A stretch of 63,930 nucleotides of DNA, counting the filler, from Fonticula-like sp. SCN 57-25 (Eukaryota), in NCBI GenBank assembly GCA_001724245.1. It is 3 parts of 3 records of this genome, joined end to end, with 100 filler letters (N's around TTAATTAATTAA, not from the genome) between each part and the next. Parts side by side here need not be neighbours in the genome. Positions count along the whole stretch, not along the records: positions 1 to 21,388 come from MEDX01000082.1; 2 more parts are not named here. One strand, written 5' to 3'. Position numbers and translations under genes: made by a program. This document shows, piece after piece, positions 1 through 11,462 of the stretch. Under the pieces are notes generated by a model. The model did not search any database. It saw nothing but the letters and a program-made list of their open reading frames with translations, and was not told where the DNA came from. Within the stretch, counting starts at the first letter, position 1, and each line of letters opens with the position of its first letter.

Positions 1-1341
1 TAGTCGGGCAGATCGCGCTTGAGGGGAATGTAGGCGTACGTCGGAGAGTGGTAGTCCTCGTACGACGACCGCTGCAGCACAGACAGCAGGACCGCCTCCT
101 TGGGTGCCGACGGGTCCACGACGATGGGCGCGGCGCTCGGCGTGGGCTTTGCGGCGATCGGGCCGGAGCGCGCCATGCTGCGGTTCTCCCTGGTCAGCGA
201 CGTGGCGACCGGGTACGTCGGAATCTGGTAGAGGTACGCGCGACCATGCCTCCCCCACAGCATCACCACGTCAATTGCCACAAACACTCCGCCGGACCAG
301 CCGAGCGCAGAGGGGCAGCGGATGACGAGCAGCTTTTCAAACTTGCCGGTCGTGTACAGCTGGCATTCGCGCTTGCACACAACGAGCATGAGGCCGCTCT
401 GGAACGGGCTAAGCACCATGCGCTGCGCCTCGGTGACATCTTGCGAGATGGTGCGCTGCGGAAGCACATTGGGGCGCAGGCACATCTGGTCCAGCTGCCA
501 CGCAAGCAAAAGGCCGTCAAAGGTTACCGACAAAAGGTAGTCCGAGGGAGACGAGCCCTCCTGCGGCTGCAGCGCAGTGCAGCTAACCCAGTTCGTGTGG
601 TGGCGGAGCGTGTATACGACCTCTAGCGTAAGCGCATCGAGAACCACGATCTCGACAGAGTGACCAGAGCACACAATGTGCTTGCCATTGTTCGTCATGC
701 GGAGATCCGTCGGGATGCCGTCAAACGCATGCGGGTTGGTGGAAATACAGCGTCCGTCCGCAACGTTCCACAGAATAACCTCGCCATCCTCCGAGGCAGA
801 CACCAGCATATGCCGATAGGGGTGATTGTACAAGTCAGCGTCGTGGCGGCACTCTACAAGCGCAGACACGTTCGTTTTGTGACCAAGCAGCAACAGCCGA
901 GGGCGAAGCTATAGTATAGTTGTCAACAACAATACGTATTCGCAAGAGGCGCGTGCGTACGAGAGCAGGCGTCATTTCCTTGGTGGAGAGCGACCAGATC
1001 CAGATATGGCCGCGACGCGACCCCGTGAAGAGCACCTCGGCCATCTCGCTCAGGTACACTACTGACACGGCATGCCGTGGGGCGCCCAGCCAGCCGGCAA
1101 GCGTAAAGAGAAGAGGCGGCGAAAATGCCGTCGAAACGAGTGATGGTCCCGCATTACGCTTGGCAAGCCAGGTGTTAATCAGCGCAGCGAGCTTGACGCT
1201 GCTGTTCTGGCCCTGAAGCCATTGCTGAACCGTAGAGTCGCTGCTGCCAATGTCCATCGCCAGCTTATGCGCCGACGTCTTTGACCTCATCATATATTCC
1301 AGCGCGCGCGCGCGCACGTCCTCTACCGTCGCCTCGGGCAT
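1..1341 (-). CDS. WDR7/WDR72 (rabconnectin-3 beta)-like WD40 protein, 5' part; runs off the left edge; ~70-aa HTH-like N-terminal extension
   Basis: Spliced (intron ~909-960, GTACGC..ATAG) translation gives GAPRHAVS..LFTGSRRGHIWIW..PRLLLLGHK..LVSASEDGEVILWNVADGRCI..GHSVEIVVLDALTLEVVYTL..NWVS, matching the WDR7 N-terminal pattern; next GTACGC donor near position 40. Confidence 0.75.
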
Positions 1342-1862
1342 GCTTCGTCGGCCCTGGCGCCAGGGTGCGGACGGCTTTGGGGACGATTGTCAGGTGCCGA
1401 GTAGGAGCCTGTGCACAACTCGACTGTTACTGTGCACAACATTGTGCACACGCTTGTTGCAATCTCAAGTGGATCATACCGATCGGCGCACCCGACCAAT
1501 CAGAGGAGAGGTAAAGGCCGATTTCGTTGAAAGTGAAAAAAAAAAGAAAGCGAACCAGCTCGGGCGGTCGCGCAGTCCACATCGAGACAATCTCTCGCAC
1601 GAACCAATTCGTTCTCTGCAGAGCGAAGCATCGTGCTGAGGGGTCTCTTGGTTTGGCTATCTTTCTACACATCAAGTCACAGGGCAGTTTTCCTGCTGTC
1701 GTTGTACGCGGTCTTTTTTGCTGTGTTTTGGCCAAAGGTTGATTGACTCTTGTTGCCACCTTGCCGCAGCTCGTTTCACGGCGGGACTTGTGCTTGGTCT
1801 ATTAGCTTAGATCGAGGAGCAGCTTTTGAGTCGCGGTCTGTTTTTGCAAAAAGTTGGTAATC

Positions 1863-2751
1863 ATGAGCAACAACAAGTACCCTTTGGTAATCGTTGGCGG
1901 TGGCGGTGTCGGTAAGTCCGCCATTACCCTCAGCTTCATGCGTGGACAGTGCGTGCTCCCACTGGCTCGATCCTGTCGCTCTGTGTCTCACACTCTTTTC
2001 TATTGTTAGGTTTATTGAGGAGTACGCTTTGCCTTTCAACGCGCGCTTTTACTGTTTGACTAACCAATCTTTTTAACGTTTGTGCCAACTACAGATATGA
2101 TCCTACCATCGGTACGCTTCCGTTGCCCCGTCCCCACTCATGTTGTTAACACTCGGTGGTTTTTTAGAGGACTCGTACTGCAAGGTTTGCCTTATCGACG
2201 GAGTAGAATGCACGCTAGACATCACGGACACTGCCGGTCAGGAGGAATACCGGTGCGTCTTTCCCCCTTACCGCTCGCTGTTGCAAATCTAACCTTTTCT
2301 GCAGTGGTCTGTGGGGTGACAAGTTCATGCGCAACGGCGACGGCTTTCTTTGCGTGTACTCGATCACTTCGCGGACGTCGTTCGAGGAGCTCGAGATTTT
2401 CCGTGATCAGATCCTTCGCGTCAAGGACACTGACCGGTGCCCGATGATCATCATCGGCAACAAGAGCGACTTGAACGAGTACCGCGAGGTCCAGGAGCAG
2501 ACCGGCCGCGAGTTTGCCAAGAAGAGCAACGCCCTTTTCATGGAGACCTCGTACGCCGATCCGCTTGCGTTGTATCTCCTTGTCGCTAACAACTTTCCTG
2601 TAGTGCCAAGAACCGCGTCAATATCGAGGAGGCTTTCTACGCCATTGTGAGGCACATTCGCGACAATTTCCGCAAGGCAGCTGTTGGCGCTGGCGCCCCC
2701 CCTAGCGAATCTACTGGCAGCCAGCAGAAGGGCTGCTGCGTCATGTTGTAA
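1863..2751 (+). CDS. Ras-family small GTPase (6 exons)
   Basis: GGGGVGKS, FIEEYDPTIEDSY, DTAGQEEY, GNKSD, ETSAK and C-terminal CCVML CaaX after removing five GT-AG introns. Confidence 0.95.
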
Positions 2752-3207
2752 GCTGATCGTTTGGATTGGCTGTTTCGGTTGCAAAGTTTTTTTTTGGCAA
2801 AAGTTATTTGCGCGCAAGGAAGAGTCGGAAGAAGACGAGGCATGCGACGATCGGGAGCCGGGGAAAGGAGCGCACATCTTCCAGTTGGCCATTCACTTTT
2901 CAAACGGTTTCCTTTTCTTGCTTTTTCCTATTTTTTCTTCAAATAGTTCGATTATATTTACGAGCAGCTTTGTACCCTTGTTCTCTTCTTGCTTAATATA
3001 TGGATTTATGCGTTCATTAATGCGCTTTGCTGGAATAGAATGCGCGTAGTAGAATATGGCCGACATGTCTCCCACAATAACACACTTTAAGAAAGTGCAG
3101 CGTAATGTCCAAGCAGCATTTGGTATATTTCACAAAGTCATATGGTACAAGCACGTCCAACTAGTTTTGCAGTCTTGAAGGTGAGAGGGGGCGCCCACGG
3201 CAGCCGT

Positions 3208-3601
3208 TTAGCGGGCCGGCGGCGATACAAGGATGACACAGTCACCGCGGACAAAGAGCATGTCCGAATGCCGCTTGTTAGTCTGCCAAAGGGTGAGCAA
3301 CAAATGAATAAAAGAAAAGCACGACGAACCACAAGGCGCTCCTCATAAGTTTCCTCGTGAAGCTCGACCGTCGTAATTGTGACTTCCACTTCTCCGAGGA
3401 CCATGTTCAAGTGGTGGTCGAACGCCTGCGCCGTCCCACAAACGCAAACGTAAGTAAAGCAGATTGTAAAATTAGAAAAAGACGCACGTGAAGCTTGCCC
3501 CGCAATTCGCGGTCCCCCCGAAGCTTGACGTAAATACGCTCATCAAGAGAGAGCTTGAGCAGATCGAGCGGCTGCTCAACGTCCGATGCCTCGACGTCCA
3601 T
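3208..3601 (-). CDS. LSM3: U6 snRNA-associated Sm-like protein LSm3
   Basis: [39 protein letters not shown]..|..[15 protein letters not shown] across two introns. Confidence 0.93.
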
Positions 3602-3849
3602 CTTCGAGCCCAAAAACAAAAATCGCAGGCAAAATCGCATGTGATTTTAAGGAGGGGGGGGTCTTTCTAAACCTTTCCCTGTTTTTGTGTCCTCGTCTGT
3701 TTGCCGTCGGGATTGCGAAGCGTTTTCGTCGGACCTTTTACGGGAGTGGGCACAGTGCTTTCAGGTTCTTTTGGCTGTGACTATAAAAGAAGAGCGCACG
3801 AGGGACAGCGGACCTGAGGCGGTGCCGAAAAAAAAACCTTTTCTAGAAA

Positions 3850-6800
3850 ATGAGCCAGCTCCTGCAAGATGTCGCTGCCATCGGCAAGAAGGCAGGCGTG
3901 AGCCTGGTAGAGCGCACCAAGGACCTCAATTCGAATCTCGGCGGTGGAACCGCGCGCCTCTTTGATGCTCCTGACGCCAAGGTGCTGGAGGCCAAGGAGC
4001 TTTTGGCGAGCAAGTCGGACAGGAACAAGCTCGAGGGTCTCAAGCGCCTCATTGCTGTACGCGCTTTCCCGACCCCTTTGGCGCCCTTTGAATTTCGCTA
4101 ACGCGTTTTTTCGTTCTAGATGATCTCAAAGGGCCGCGATGTGTCGAGTTTCTTCCCCGACGTTGTGAAGAACGTTATTGTTACCAATCTCGAGGTCCGC
4201 AAGCTGGTCTACATTTACCTTTTGCGCTACGCCGAGCAGGAGCCCGACCTCGCCCTTCTCTCCATCAACTCGTTCCAAAAGGTAGCGAACCCGAGGCGCA
4301 GTCCCTCCTCGTTGCCTTTCCTCTGTGTCTGACATTTTTTGTTATAGGATCTCGCCGATTCCAATCAGTTGATTCGCGCGCTTTCTCTGCGCGTTCTTTC
4401 GGGTATTCGCGTCGAGGTGATCGTTCCTATTGTGCTTTTGGCTGTGAAAAAGTGCATCACGGACATGTCCCCGTACGTTCGCAAGACCGCTGCCCACGCA
4501 GTCCCGAAGCTTTATAACCTCGACCCGAGCCAAAAGCCCGCCCTCGAGGAGATCATCGAGACGCAGCTCAACGAGCGCTCGACCCTTGTGATCGGCAGCA
4601 TTGTGACCGCTTTCCTGGAAGTCTGCCCCGAACGTCTCGACATGATTCACAAGCACTACCGCAAGCTTGCGCGCCAGCTCATCGACGTTGACGAGTGGGG
4701 CCAGATCGCCATTATGACCCTGCTGCTTCGCTACGCTCGCCTTCACTTCACGGACCCCAACGCGGGCCGCGGTGACGACGAGCCCGCGAAGCGCGCCGAC
4801 GCGCCGTTCTACTCGGACGAGGAGGACGATTACGAGGAGAAGAGCCGCGGCGCCGGTCAGCGCTCCAACTTTGATTTGGACCCGGACCACCGTCTGTTGC
4901 TCACCAGCACTGCGCCGCTGCTCAACAGCCGCAACTCTGGCGTCGTTCTTGCCGTCGCCAGCATCTATTACCACCTCGCGCCGCGCGAGGAGCTTGCCCG
5001 GGCCAGCAAGGGTCTTATGCGCCTCATCGGTACCTCGCGCGAGGTCGAGTACGTCGTGCTCGCCAACGTCGCCACGATGTCGATCCGCCGCCCCTCCATG
5101 TTTGAGCCGCACCTGCGCAGCCTCTTTGTGCGCGCCACCGACCCCGTGTTCATCCGCACGCTCAAGCTCGAGGTGATGACGCGCATTGCGTCCGAGGCCA
5201 ACATTGGCGTCCTGCTGCGCGAGTTCCAGTCGTACGTCCGCAGCCCCGACAAGGAGTTTGTCACGGCCGCGATCCAGGCCATTGGTCGCGTCGTCCTGCG
5301 CCTGCCCGACGTGGCAGAGTCTTGCCTGAGCGGCCTCATGGGCCTCGTGCACAGCAAGAACGAGGCGGTCGCCGCGGAGGCGGTCGTCGTCCTGCGCATG
5401 CTGCTGCGCCCGGGCGAGCACTCGGACGTGATCCGCGCCCTTGCCAACAGCCTCGAGACCATCACCGTCCCGATGGCGCGCGCGTCCGTTGTCTGGCTCG
5501 TCGGCGAGCACGCCACGTCGGTGGAGCGCACCGCGCCCGACGTCCTGCGCATGTTTGCCAAGAGCTTTGCCGACGAGCAGGACATTGTCAAGCTCCAGGT
5601 GCTCACGCTTGGTGCCAAGCTCTACTGCCACGGCATGGAGCGCGCCGAGGCGCTCTTCAAGTACGTGCTGACGCAGGCCAAGTACGACATGAACTACGAC
5701 ATCCGCGACCGTGCCCGCTTCTTGCGCGCCATCACCTTTAACGAGGACGGCCGCGCTGCCGAGCTGACCGCGCACGTCAAGGATCTCATCCTGAACGAGA
5801 AGCCCGCGCCGTCCATCGAGTACACGCAGTTTGGCACGGACCGCTTTGCCATCGGCAGCATGTCGCACCTCGTGAACCACGCCGTGGAGGGCTACGAGGA
5901 GCTTCCCGACTTCCCCGAAACGGCGCCCGACGGCTCTATGCGCAACATTGCCGACGAGGAGGCGTGGACCGCGGCGGGCGGCGCCAACATGGCGTCCATC
6001 CTCGCCAAGGATGCTCGCATGGCCAGCCTCAGCAGCGACCGCCACAGGCGCAGCAGGCGCGGGGGACGCCGCGAGCGCGCCCCGAAGAAGCCCACGGACG
6101 ATCTCGATGCGTTCTTTGGCGAAGGAGCAAGCGAGAGCGAGAGCGACTACAGCGGTAGCGACTACTCTGACTATTCTGACGACTCGCGCAGCCGCAGCCG
6201 CAGCCGTTCGTACAGCGGGAGCCGCAGCCGCAGCCGCTCCTACAGCGACAGCCGCAGCCGTTCGTACAGCCGCAGCCGCAGCCGCTCGTACAGCCGCAGC
6301 CGCAGCCGTTCGTACAGCGAGAGCCGCAGCCGTTCCTACAGCCGCAGCCGCTCATATAGCCGCAGCCGCAGCCGGTCGTACAGCGGCAGCCGCAGCCGCT
6401 CGTACAGCCGCAGCCGCAGCCCGTCGCCCGTCGCCGCCCGCCCCAAGGCCGTCGCCGCGCCCAAGGCCGCCGCCAAGGGCCCCGCTGCCTCGTCAAAGCA
6501 GAAGGGCGGCGCCGTCGGCTCGCTGCTTGACTTTGACTCGGACATGTCGGACGCGCCCGCCGCCTCCGCGTCGCCGTCGGCCCGCACGTCGGACTACTCT
6601 GCTCTTAGCGACCTTCTTTCGCTTGACGACGACTCGTCGGCCGCGTCGCCCGCCGCGTCGACGCCGTCTGCCTTTGCGTCGTTTGGCGGCGCCGCGTCGT
6701 CGATGCAGTCAGGCTCATTCGTGACGCGGACGCTTGTCGACAGCGTTGCCGGCAAGGGCCTGCAGGTGGAGGCTGTCTTTGGCCGCCGCCGCGCCCTCTA

Positions 6801-7386
6801 CGAGGCGCGCATGGTGTCGGTGCAGCTGTGCCTCACCAACAAGGGCCGCGAGGACATTGAAAATGTTTCTGCCTCCAAGCCGAGCGGCGTCGAGGCGGTC
6901 CTCTTTGACACGGTGCCGCTCGTCAAGCCGGGCGAGACTGTCGAGGTGTCGCTCAGCGTCAACTTTAACGGTAGCACGAACGCCGTCAAGTTTACGATCA
7001 CGACCGACAAGGGCTCGTTCGCCGCTGCCCTCGAGCCGCCGGCCGGCGAGCTCATCAGCGCCGACCCGCCGTCGGCGAGCACCGTCTCGACCCTCAGGTC
7101 GTCGAGGCTCATCAAGGCCGCCGAGGAGGAGGTGGCCGCCGCGTGGGACGCGCGCTCGCTCACGCAAAAGGTGCAGAAGGCGTGCAATGTCGCCATCCTG
7201 TCCAGCGGCGACGAGGAGGAGCTCGTCTTTGGAGGCTACGTGTACGCCGGCGACGCCGGTCGCCAGCCTGTCGTGATCGTCCTCAGCCCCGGCGCCGACG
7301 ACGCCGTCCTCATCCGCGTCTTTATCGAGCACGACTTTTTGCCGTCGCTCATCCTCGTCGCGCTCAAGAACGCGCTCAAGGCGTAA
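3850..7386 (+). CDS. AP3B: AP-3 complex subunit beta
   Basis: [80 protein letters not shown]-terminal appendage region; two introns (~4057-4119, ~4281-4348). Confidence 0.93.
6184..6423 (+). repeat. Coding tandem repeat (CGCAGC)n-TCGTACAGC encoding (RSRSRSYS)n in the AP-3 beta hinge
   Basis: About nine imperfect 18-30-nt units visible directly in the sequence. Confidence 0.9.
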
Positions 7387-7641
7387 AGTAAAACTGTGCG
7401 CGAACCGAGCGAGCCACGGCAAACATTGTCTCTTTTTACTTTATTGCGCAATTTGCAAGCAAATGGTGTTGTCTCGTTCCGCTCGAGTATCTCGTTTGCT
7501 TGTTGCAGAATTCTTTTTATTCCCCCATAGACGATATTTTCAATACATACGATAACCAAAGTGTCCCATTGAAAATTTAAAATCTTTATCTGCCTGTTTA
7601 TTCAAATATTTACACTGCCACTTTGATGATATATACAAGCT

Positions 7642-9306
7642 TTACTCTGCCACGTCCTCGTCCTCACCCTGCTCGTCCTCTGGCGCGCTCCTCTTTGACC
7701 CCGCGGCAGCCCCCTCTGCCTCGACCGGCACGTCCGCCGGCGTGCTCGGCGGCCACGCGAGCTGCACGTCGACAACGTCGAGCTCGATGAGATCGGTATC
7801 GCAGTTTTCGCCGAGCAGCTGCCCGAGGTGCGGCCGCGTCCTCCCAAGGTCGCCGTGCACAAACTCCTTGACGTACGTTCCCGCCTGCGTCGTGAGCTGG
7901 AGCCTAAAGTAGGTGTCGCTGAGCCGCCGCGCGAGCATCGAGTGGACCGTCTTTGGCCGCGTGGCCGGCGAGCGGCGGTGCAGCACGCGCAGCGGCGTGT
8001 CCTGCGCGAGCACAACGTCGGTCATGCCAGCGAGCTTGCTCAGCTCGCTGTCCTCGACGCGCCGCGACGCGCGCACAATGCAGCTGTACGTCTTGCGCTT
8101 GTCGGCCTCACCGTCCTTGAGGATCTGAAGCGAAGACTTGTGCACGAGGCACAGCTCGCGGATCGCAACGGCGCCGCCGCTCGTCGACAGCGCCTTTTCT
8201 TCAAGCTCGCGCAGCTCGGCGGCCGTCAGGCGAGTGCGGTGAGGGTCGTGAAGCGTCAGGGCAAAGGGGCGGCCGCGGCCGAGCATGCGCACGTCAACGT
8301 CCTCGCGGCCGGCGGCCATGAACGCATAGCCTATGAAGCGGTCAGCAAGACAAGAAAAGAAAAAAATACAAGACAAGATACAAGAAAACACTCACAGCAC
8401 TATTCTACACTCTGCTCCCATCACACCCGAAAATCAACGCACTAGAGGACTGTGTCATCACCGACGCGGGCTCGCCGAGGAACTGCTCCACCGACTGGTC
8501 CACCTTAAAGTCACCCTCTGTGATCCAGCGCGTCTGCGACGTCAACCTGTCATGCTTAAAGTAGCGGCCTCCGAGGTAGATGGGCGCGTGCTCGACCTTG
8601 ACCGTCTCGAGGACGGCGGCGTTCTCAAGCCGCTTCGGGGGAATGTCCGTCGCGCGCTTGAGCTCTCCGGGCTTGACGCGGCGCAGCGCGTTCTCCACGT
8701 GTGTCGGGCCCTCGCCCTGCATCACGGCGCGGCCTTTTTCGTACGCCTTTTTGATCGTAAACTGCGCCGACGGGATGCCCTGCAGAAAGAGATGCTCCTC
8801 GGCGGTCTCGGGATGCGACACGTGCAGGTGGACAAGGAGCGGCGAGCCAAGCTCAAACGTCTTGCCGCCGCACTCGGCAAACGCAGACTGCGTCACCCAG
8901 CGAGCAACCTCTTTAATGTCCATGGGATCAGTGAACGGGATGCCCACAACATCCGCGTGGTAAATCGCAATCAGCACCTGGCGAAGGACCGTGCTCACGG
9001 GAAAGGAGTACGCAATAGAAAACGTCGCCGCATCGGGGTACCCATCAATGGCTAAAGCAGCGTGAGGACAGAGATCGCAGCGCGGGTCTGTGCACGCGTA
9101 CCCTGCTTGATGCGGTCGTGCCACTCGGTCGAGGTGGCAAGAAGCGGAAGCACGCCAAGGCATGCAACACACTTTTGTGATTCTGGCGTCAGCAAGACAT
9201 CTTTGGGGACTGATAAATAGGCGTCCTGCGAGCGAAAGCTCTGAAAGCGCAGCTGGCAGAGCGCGCAGCACCCAATCTCGCGGAGCGCACTCACCTCGCG
9301 CTGCAT
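7642..9306 (-). CDS. PUS10: tRNA pseudouridine synthase Pus10
   Basis: N-terminal CxxC..CxxC; GRYFKHDRLTSQTRW; AAGREDVDVRMLGRGRPF; QDTPLRVLHRR; TQAGTYVKEFVHGDLGRT; two introns. Confidence 0.92.
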
Positions 9307-9367
9307 CTTCGCGGTTCCGCAAGGTTAGTTTGCAGTTTGCACGTAAATTTGCACACCAGTTTGCACG
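9307..9367. promoter_or_regulatory. 61-bp putative bidirectional promoter (PUS10/MTG1) with four TTTGCA copies
   Basis: TTTGCA at 9329, 9336, 9348 and 9360 between divergent ATGs. Confidence 0.6.
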
Positions 9368-10342
9368 ATGGCGTCGGCGGGCACGATGATGGCCAAGCGC
9401 CGCGCGTTCGACTTTGGGCCGACCGTGCACTGGTTCCCTGGCCATATGGCAAAGGCGCTCAAAGGCATGCGCGAGCGTCTGGCCGAAGTGCAGCTTGTGG
9501 CGGAAGTGCGCGATGCCAGGATCCCTCTATCGAGCGTGAACCAGCAGTTTGAGCGGCTCATTGGCGCACGCGATCGACTCATCGTATACAACAAGGCCGA
9601 CCTGGCCAACTCTAATATGCAGTCGCGCGTCATCGATGCGCTACGCTCACGGGGCGTTTACGACCGCATTCTCTTTGCAAACATGCAGAGCGCGGCCGGT
9701 GCGCGAGGCGTGCTTCGCGCGTGCGCCGACATGGCGCGGGGCGCCGGCGGCGGCCGTAACCAGTACGGCTTTGAGGCGGACCTAAATCTCATGGTGATCG
9801 GGATGCCGAATGTTGGCAAGTCGTCGCTTATTAACGCGCTTCGGCATTTGGGAACTGGGCGCGGAGCCGCGGCGCGCGTGGGAAAGTTGCCGGGCGTGAC
9901 GAGGTCTGTAGCGAACAAGATCAAGGTGCTCGAGCAGCCGCGGCTGTACCTCATCGACACACCCGGCGTGCTTTTACCAAACATATCCGACCCCGCTATT
10001 GGCATGCGGCTGGCGCTCACGGGCGCCGTCAAGGACAGCCAGGTGGGCGAGGAGCGGCTGGCCGACTTTCTTCTGTTCTACCTCAACCAGCGAAACATCT
10101 TTTCGTATGTGGCGCACTACCGGCTGCCCGATCCGTCCGACAATATCGACACGGTGCTTGAGGGCATCGCGGGCTACATTGGGGCAAAGCTGTCTGAAGG
10201 AGAGCCGCACAAACTGGTAGCCGCGAGGCACTTTTTGCGCGCGTTCCGCGACGGATCGCTCGGTCGCTTCACGCTCGACGACCTCTCCGACGCCGGGTCA
10301 ATCGACTATTCCCTGCGGGACGCGAGCGACCCCACACGGTAG
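9368..10342 (+). CDS. MTG1: Mitochondrial ribosome-associated GTPase 1 (RbgA/YlqF family), intronless
   Basis: WFPGHMAKA, EVRDARIPLSS, NKADL, GMPNVGKSSLIN, PGVT, DTPG in circularly permuted GTPase order. Confidence 0.92.
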   Translation: MASAGTMMAKRRAFDFGPTVHWFPGHMAKALKGMRERLAEVQLVAEVRDARIPLSSVNQQFERLIGARDRLIVYNKADLANSNMQSRVIDALRSRGVYDRILFANMQSAAGARGVLRACADMARGAGGGRNQYGFEADLNLMVIGMPNVGKSSLINALRHLGTGRGAAARVGKLPGVTRSVANKIKVLEQPRLYLIDTPGVLLPNISDPAIGMRLALTGAVKDSQVGEERLADFLLFYLNQRNIFSYVAHYRLPDPSDNIDTVLEGIAGYIGAKLSEGEPHKLVAARHFLRAFRDGSLGRFTLDDLSDAGSIDYSLRDASDPTR

Positions 10343-10434
10343 AGGCGCGCGCTGCAATTGTATATATCATACATATATTATCAGTTTTGTCAATATACAG
10401 CCAAGAAGGTAGTTAGTCATACAAACGCAGGCGC

Positions 10435-11013
10435 TCAGCGTCCCAGGGCAGACAGAACGCGGGTCGGGAAGGGGCCGTGGGATGCGAGCGCGGCCGGCAA
10501 ATGTTCGGGATCCGCGAGGGTGCCAAAAAAGATGCGCGCGGCAAACTCTTGCTCGGCCACGTACTGTAAGCATTGCAGCATCATTACGAGCTGCAGTGCG
10601 CGCAGCCTCCGCTCCTGCACCAAGTCCTCGAGAAGCAGCTGCCTCGCCGGCGGACTGGGGCATCGCGTCAGGTTGTCCATCATTTTAACGAATTCTTCGT
10701 GTCGTAAAAGCGGCAAAGCAACCGGCTCCGCTTTCACTACCGTCTTGCGTTCTTGCCTTTCCGCCGTCGGCGAAGCTGCCGCCGGGGTCGACGTACTCTT
10801 TAAGGTCTCGCGCAGCGATGCAACATGCCGCGCGAGCTCTGCTAGGCGAGCAGCGTCGGCAGCGTCAGCAGCTTCTAGAGCTGCCAATCGCGCGCTCAGT
10901 TGAGACTCCTCATGTCCTGTAATGTCGCGCGAGTCCCCCTGGGAAAGGTTGCCGCCAGATTCCCCTGCAGGAACAGGGACGTCCACGGGATCAGGAGCAG
11001 GGTCCGACATCAT
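10435..11013 (-). CDS. Hypothetical protein (~190 aa): coiled coil plus a C-terminal helical domain, weakly DUF4476-like
   Basis: Open frame; ATG directly preceded by the AGTTTGCAGTTTGC motif seen at other gene starts; C-terminal QLVMMLQCL..FAARIFFGTLADPEHL pattern. Confidence 0.5.
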   Translation of the reverse strand: MMSDPAPDPVDVPVPAGESGGNLSQGDSRDITGHEESQLSARLAALEAADAADAARLAELARHVASLRETLKSTSTPAAASPTAERQERKTVVKAEPVALPLLRHEEFVKMMDNLTRCPSPPARQLLLEDLVQERRLRALQLVMMLQCLQYVAEQEFAARIFFGTLADPEHLPAALASHGPFPTRVLSALGR

Positions 11014-11462
11014 CCCAAACTGCAAACTGCAAACTCGCACAACATCGCAACATCGTCAGCGGCCGAATGGACAGGGGCGAGCAGGATGCCTTCGCTTTGG
11101 CCTTTCCTGCAGGGAGAGCGCGTGGGAAGGGGTCACATATTCGGGGCATTTCCATAGGGCATTAGTCAAGGAATGGAATGTTGCATGTATCGAGTTGCCT
11201 CCTGCTTGATTTTAGCACGAGCGCCCCCCAAGCCATCCCCTGTCGGACGGCGTCCCTTTTGTTTATCGGTTTCATCCCGAAGCTTTCCTGGCGATCCGAG
11301 AAGGAGATACCATGTTGAACCTACTCTCCCTTTGTTATGGACGTGGGATTTCCAAGGGGTGGTCTCTTTTGAGCGGCTGACTATAAAACGCCGGCATTGT
11401 TCGCCGTCATCGCTCACCGACAGCCTTTGACCTGAGCACCTCACTTCTAAAAGGCGTCGCCA

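Noticed and set aside
4342..6045. 567-aa minus-strand ORF and the many other overlapping Arg/Ala/Ser-rich ORFs
   Set aside because: Shadow frames of GC-rich real genes
6184..6423. Repeat array as CRISPR
   Set aside because: No unique spacers, in-frame coding, eukaryotic context
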